Source: an uncultured delta proteobacterium (lineage in GTDB: Bacteria; Desulfobacterota; Binatia; Binatales; Binataceae). From it: 64,000 nucleotides of DNA. This document shows, piece after piece, positions 60,335 to 64,000 of this stretch. The notes under the pieces were generated by a model. That model searched no databases. It was not told the origin of the DNA and saw only the letters and a program-made list of their open reading frames with translations. The stretch spans positions 3,744,001 to 3,808,000 of the forward strand of contig CAWEEQ010000004.1 in assembly GCA_963808235.1 (NCBI GenBank), written 5' to 3'. Each line of letters opens with the position of its first letter. The stretch's first letter is position 1. Made by a program: the position numbers and the translations under genes.

Positions 60335-60856
60335 CTAAGCGGCGGCCTTTTTGGCCGCTTCGAGTGCGGCTTCGTAGTTGGGCTGATTGGCGACTTCCTT
60401 GACGTATTCGACGTAGGTCACCTTGTCGTTCTTGTCGACGACGAAAACACATCGCGCTAGCAAATGCAGCTCCTTGATCAGCACGCCGTAGTTGGTGCCG
60501 AAGTCCGCGGTCTTGAAATCGCTCAGCGTCGTCACCTTGTCGACGCCGGCCGCGCCGCACCATCGCGCCTGCGCGAACGGCAGGTCCATCGAGACGCTCA
60601 GAATCTCGATGCCGCCCGGCAGCTTCGACGCCTCCTCATTGAAGCGGCGCGTTTCCGCGTCGCATACCGGTGTGTCGAGCGACGGTATCGTCGTGATGAC
60701 CTTTACCTTGCCCTTGAACTGGTCGAGCGTCGCCGGCCTCATGCTCTTGTCGGTAACGTTGAAGTTCGGTGCCTTCTGTCCGACTTTTACTTCGGAGCCA
60801 ACCAGGGTCATCGGGTTTCCCCGCATAGTAACAGCGCCTTTGCGTTCTTCCGCCAT
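60335..60856 (-). CDS. tpx: Thiol peroxidase (atypical 2-Cys Prx)
   Basis: PSLDTPVC, DLPFAQARWC. Confidence 0.95.
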   Translation of the reverse strand: MAEERKGAVTMRGNPMTLVGSEVKVGQKAPNFNVTDKSMRPATLDQFKGKVKVITTIPSLDTPVCDAETRRFNEEASKLPGGIEILSVSMDLPFAQARWCGAAGVDKVTTLSDFKTADFGTNYGVLIKELHLLARCVFVVDKNDKVTYVEYVKEVANQPNYEAALEAAKKAAA

Positions 60857-60964
60857 AAGTAAAATCTCCTTGGTGATGATGAATGGAAAAAGGAATCGCG
60901 AACAAGGAGACTTTAACTCGCGCCGCGCGCGGCGGCAAACAGAGTCGCGCGTCGCTCGCTGATG

Positions 60965-61360
60965 TTAGAGCGCCTTGATTGCGAGCGCGATCACACTGCC
61001 GAGAATCAGGGTGACGTTGATCACGCCCGTCGCCATCGCTCCCGGCGCGCGTTTGGCCGCCGCGCTGAGATAGCCCGAGGCGTAGATGATCCGCGCGATC
61101 AGGAACAATGCTCCGAGCGCTACGCCGAAGTGATAGTTCACGGTTAGCGAGAAAATCCACACTGCAGGAAGGAACACAATCAGGGATTCGAGCGTGTTCT
61201 CATGGACCCGAAAATAACGCTCGAAATCCGGATTGCCGGTGGTGGCGGGCGCCTCGACTCCATACTTCACCCGCGCGCGACCGACCATGACGCCGAGTAT
61301 CGAGTACTCGAGCAGCGCGAGCACCGTAATCATCGCAAGTTCGTGGTAAGTTCCATTCAT
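60965..61360 (-). CDS. MAPEG-family membrane protein
   Basis: VGRARVKYGVEAPATTG..FERYFRVHENTLE, R..YA.GY. Confidence 0.9.
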   Translation of the reverse strand: MNGTYHELAMITVLALLEYSILGVMVGRARVKYGVEAPATTGNPDFERYFRVHENTLESLIVFLPAVWIFSLTVNYHFGVALGALFLIARIIYASGYLSAAAKRAPGAMATGVINVTLILGSVIALAIKAL

Positions 61361-61456
61361 CGCCTCCACCTCCTCCCCATGGTTGTTGCCGCGTCCGCAG
61401 TTGGTATGAAGCTACTCGCGCACGACGCAAAGCGCGAGATCATATGCTCGCGCCGG

Positions 61457-62317
61457 TTAGTCGCGCCGAAACTTCTGTTGACGCTCGGCTTCGAGCGCGT
61501 CCGCTACCTCGCGGCTCGGCGGCGTCGGCATCCAGCCTTTCGTATAGTCGCGCTCTTCCCAGCTTCGATCGTTCTCGTCCCAAACGTAGGGCAGCTTTAC
61601 GATCGTGCCGGGTGACCTGATCGTCTCGAACGCGTGCATCGCGTCGATCACGATTTGGCGCTGAAGCTCGGGCTGGTCAGGCGGGCCGGTCTGATGCCCC
61701 AGTGGAAAGTTCACGAACACCGCACGCGGCGGATTGACCGCCTGCGTGATGTCGAGCGCCGAGGTCATGCAGAGAGTTGGGATTCCCGATTCTTCGACCA
61801 CTCGTGCGATCAGTCCAACGGACTGATGGCAGACGGGTCATGCGGGGACCAGGTAGAGCACGTCGGCGTGGGCGCGCTTCAGCTCACCCGCGATTTGCGG
61901 GGCGAGTTCTTCGCGGACTTTTCGCGCGGAATAGATTCCGCCCATGAAGCTGAACGCCGGATCGGCAAGCTCGCCGATCACGCCGCGCGCTTCGAGTTCA
62001 CGCATGCGCTCGAGCGGGAACACGCAATTTGGATCGCGCTGCGCGTCCGCGGTCGGATAGCCGAAGTGCCAGATACTCAAGTCGGCGCGAGTCGCACTTT
62101 TCGGGATGCGCCGATACGACGCGTCCTCGTGATGGAACCGCGGCTGATCGCGGTACATCACTCCGCCCGAACTAATCAGCGCGACCTTGCACTCAGAGAT
62201 TGGCTTTGAGAGCGGCGTGAACGGAGGCGCGCCGTCATTCTCGACCCATCGATAGGGCGTGAAGTCGCTGTAGAGATCGCGGGTTCGTGGAATATACGCG
62301 ACGGGCATCGTCGTCAT
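61457..62317 (-). CDS. GrdB/PrdB-like (glycine/sarcosine/betaine/proline reductase B family) selenoprotein, Sec at TGA 61838-61840
   Basis: ORFs 61838-62317 and 61457-61801 are in frame: ..ALISSGG..DPNCVFPL..LVPA-TGA-PVCHQSVGLIARVVEESGIPT..PPRA..FPLGH. SECIS-like hairpin follows. Confidence 0.9.
61809..61827 (-). promoter_or_regulatory. Putative bacterial SECIS hairpin
   Basis: ATCAGTCC-GTT-GGACTGAT perfect stem, beginning 10 nt after the TGA, with a G-first loop. Confidence 0.8.
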
Positions 62318-62349
62318 TCTCCTTCGGAACTACACTCGCAAAGATCCTG

Positions 62350-63126
62350 TCATGCCGCGTCCGGCGGGAACATCATCTTGCCGGCCTTGAATTCACGCGT
62401 CACAAAGTCCGCGAATCCACGCCGGATTGGCCACTCCAAACGGCTGTCGCGCCAATGTACTTTGCCGTCAGGACCCTCGAACTCGCTGATAATATCATGC
62501 CCCTTCGCGAGCGCGCTTTTAAGCCGCTCGAGATCAGCCGCGACGCTGCCGACCGCGCGCGTCCGGAGCGTCCAGGCCGCGAGCCGCGGATACAGTTTCA
62601 TCGAGATTCGCATCGCGCCCGCGGACGGCACGTAGCAGATCGCCGCGAGGTCGGCCACGCTCATCGCGCCGCAGAAGAACTCGCGCTCGCCGATTTCGCG
62701 TTCGAGCCGCGCTAGCAGTTGCGAGAATTCGTCGCGTGCTGCGTCGATCATTGCGGCCGATTCGGGAGCGTCCTTGCGCGCTGTGGCGATCCAGAATCCA
62801 TAGCTGACCGCGTCGAAGGTGCGATCGCACAAATCTTCGATCATGCGCATGCGCGCGCGCTCATACGGATCTGCAGGAAACATGGCGGGATTGGGAAACG
62901 CGTCTTCGAGATACTCGCAGATGATGGTGGAATCGGCGATCGTGCGGCCGTCGTCGAGGACCAGGGTCGGAACCTCAGCTCGCGCGGAGGCGACCCGCAA
63001 ATCTTCTTTTCTGTCCAGAGAGTAGCATCGCTCGACCGGCTCGAAATCGATCTTTTTGAGCTCGAGCATCATCCGAACCTTGCGCGCGTAAGGGCTGGTG
63101 GCGAATGTGAACAGTTTCATAGGCAT
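62350..63126 (-). CDS. Glutathione S-transferase family protein
   Basis: TSPYARKVR, EVPTL..DSTIICEYL, SVADL; C-terminal extension WRDSRLEW. Confidence 0.88.
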   Translation of the reverse strand: MPMKLFTFATSPYARKVRMMLELKKIDFEPVERCYSLDRKEDLRVASARAEVPTLVLDDGRTIADSTIICEYLEDAFPNPAMFPADPYERARMRMIEDLCDRTFDAVSYGFWIATARKDAPESAAMIDAARDEFSQLLARLEREIGEREFFCGAMSVADLAAICYVPSAGAMRISMKLYPRLAAWTLRTRAVGSVAADLERLKSALAKGHDIISEFEGPDGKVHWRDSRLEWPIRRGFADFVTREFKAGKMMFPPDAA

Positions 63127-63134
63127 CGGCTGGG

Positions 63135-64000
63135 TTATTTCAAACCCGGTAAAACGTCGGCGCCGAATCGATCCAGCGAGCGCCGTGCCTTCGCGGGATC
63201 GAGTCCGGGGAGCTGAGTCACTACTATAAGCTCGGTCATTGGAGTCGATTCGAGTATCTCCGCAAGGCGTGCGCTTACTTCACCGGCCGTTCCCAACACG
63301 CTGGTCTTGCGCAGCCGCTCCGGGTCGGGACGAATCAGCACCTTGCTCTGATCGGTGGTCCCGGCCGCCGCCGACAGCCATTTGCCGTATAGCTCGGCCT
63401 GGTACATGAGCGCGTCACGCGTGTCGCGCCAAGCCTGTTCTTCCGAATCCGCGACGTATACTACGCGGCTGTTCACGATACTGTAGCGGGCCGGATCTTT
63501 GCCGCGCGCCTTCAACGCCTCTATATAGATTCCAATTTCCCTTCGCCCTCCGACGCAAGCAAACCCCAGATCAAGCTCGGCGGCGCGGCGAATCGCTTCC
63601 GCAGCGCCCGCACCCCAAAGCAACTCCGGATGCGGCCGGCTTATGGGACGCGGAAGCACGCGCACGTCGCGGAACTTGAAATACTTTCCGTCGAAGCTGA
63701 ATCGCTCTCCAGTCCACGCGAGTTTCAAAATTTCGAGCGTCTCGAGCGTCCTGCCCAACCGCTGGGCGCGCGGTACCCCGAAGCCCTCGAACTCCTCGGC
63801 GCGGTAGCCGAGGCCGATCCCGAGCCGCAGCCGTCCGCCTGAAACCACATCGACGAAGGCGGCATCCTCGGCGAGCTTGAGCGGATGATGAAACGGCGCG
63901 AGCAGGACGTAGGTGCCGATAGTGACTCGCGTGGTGCGCGCCGCGATCGCCGCCGCCGCAGGCATCAGCGCCGGCAGGTATCCGTCGTCGGTGAAATGAT
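63135..64000 (-). CDS. LLM-class flavin-dependent oxidoreductase (N-terminus beyond the window)
   Basis: HFTDDGYLP, AAIAART, HPLKLAED..SGGRLRLGIGLGY..EF. Confidence 0.9.
   Translation of the reverse strand, partial: HFTDDGYLPALMPAAAAIAARTTRVTIGTYVLLAPFHHPLKLAEDAAFVDVVSGGRLRLGIGLGYRAEEFEGFGVPRAQRLGRTLETLEILKLAWTGERFSFDGKYFKFRDVRVLPRPISRPHPELLWGAGAAEAIRRAAELDLGFACVGGRREIGIYIEALKARGKDPARYSIVNSRVVYVADSEEQAWRDTRDALMYQAELYGKWLSAAAGTTDQSKVLIRPDPERLRKTSVLGTAGEVSARLAEILESTPMTELIVVTQLPGLDPAKARRSLDRFGADVLPGLK

Overview
High-GC bacterial chromosomal segment. Gene style and content suggest a Candidatus Binatus/Binatota-like soil organism (inference only). A perfect parS palindrome at 43099-43114 suggests the region is origin-proximal. 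The backbone is housekeeping: addBA-like helicase/nuclease, a queD-like gene, rpsU, miaB, atpF'F-H-A-G-D-C, aroA, glnE, and a cobalamin-riboswitch/btuB-cobU-cobS-cobT-bluB salvage cluster. Most notable: (1) a ~5.4-kb island bounded by a perfect 90-bp direct repeat that duplicates the 3' end of the queD-like gene. It carries an RcsF-like lipoprotein, a 1113-aa zinc-ribbon/Ser-Thr kinase/class III cyclase/TM/TPR/Sel1 receptor and two paralogous PEGA-like lipoproteins, making it a candidate undescribed envelope-signalling module. (2) Two selenoprotein genes split by the ORF caller, each with an in-frame TGA plus a SECIS-like hairpin: a WASW-U-GC thioredoxin-fold protein and a stand-alone GrdB/PrdB-like U-P-V-C protein in an LLM-GST-MAPEG-Tpx redox cluster. 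(3) A cupredoxin + c-type heme protein + beta-barrel operon preceded by a Fur-like box. (4) A ~75-nt structured dispersed repeat in two copies. Three genes carry single-base +1 frameshifts that are probably sequencing or assembly errors.
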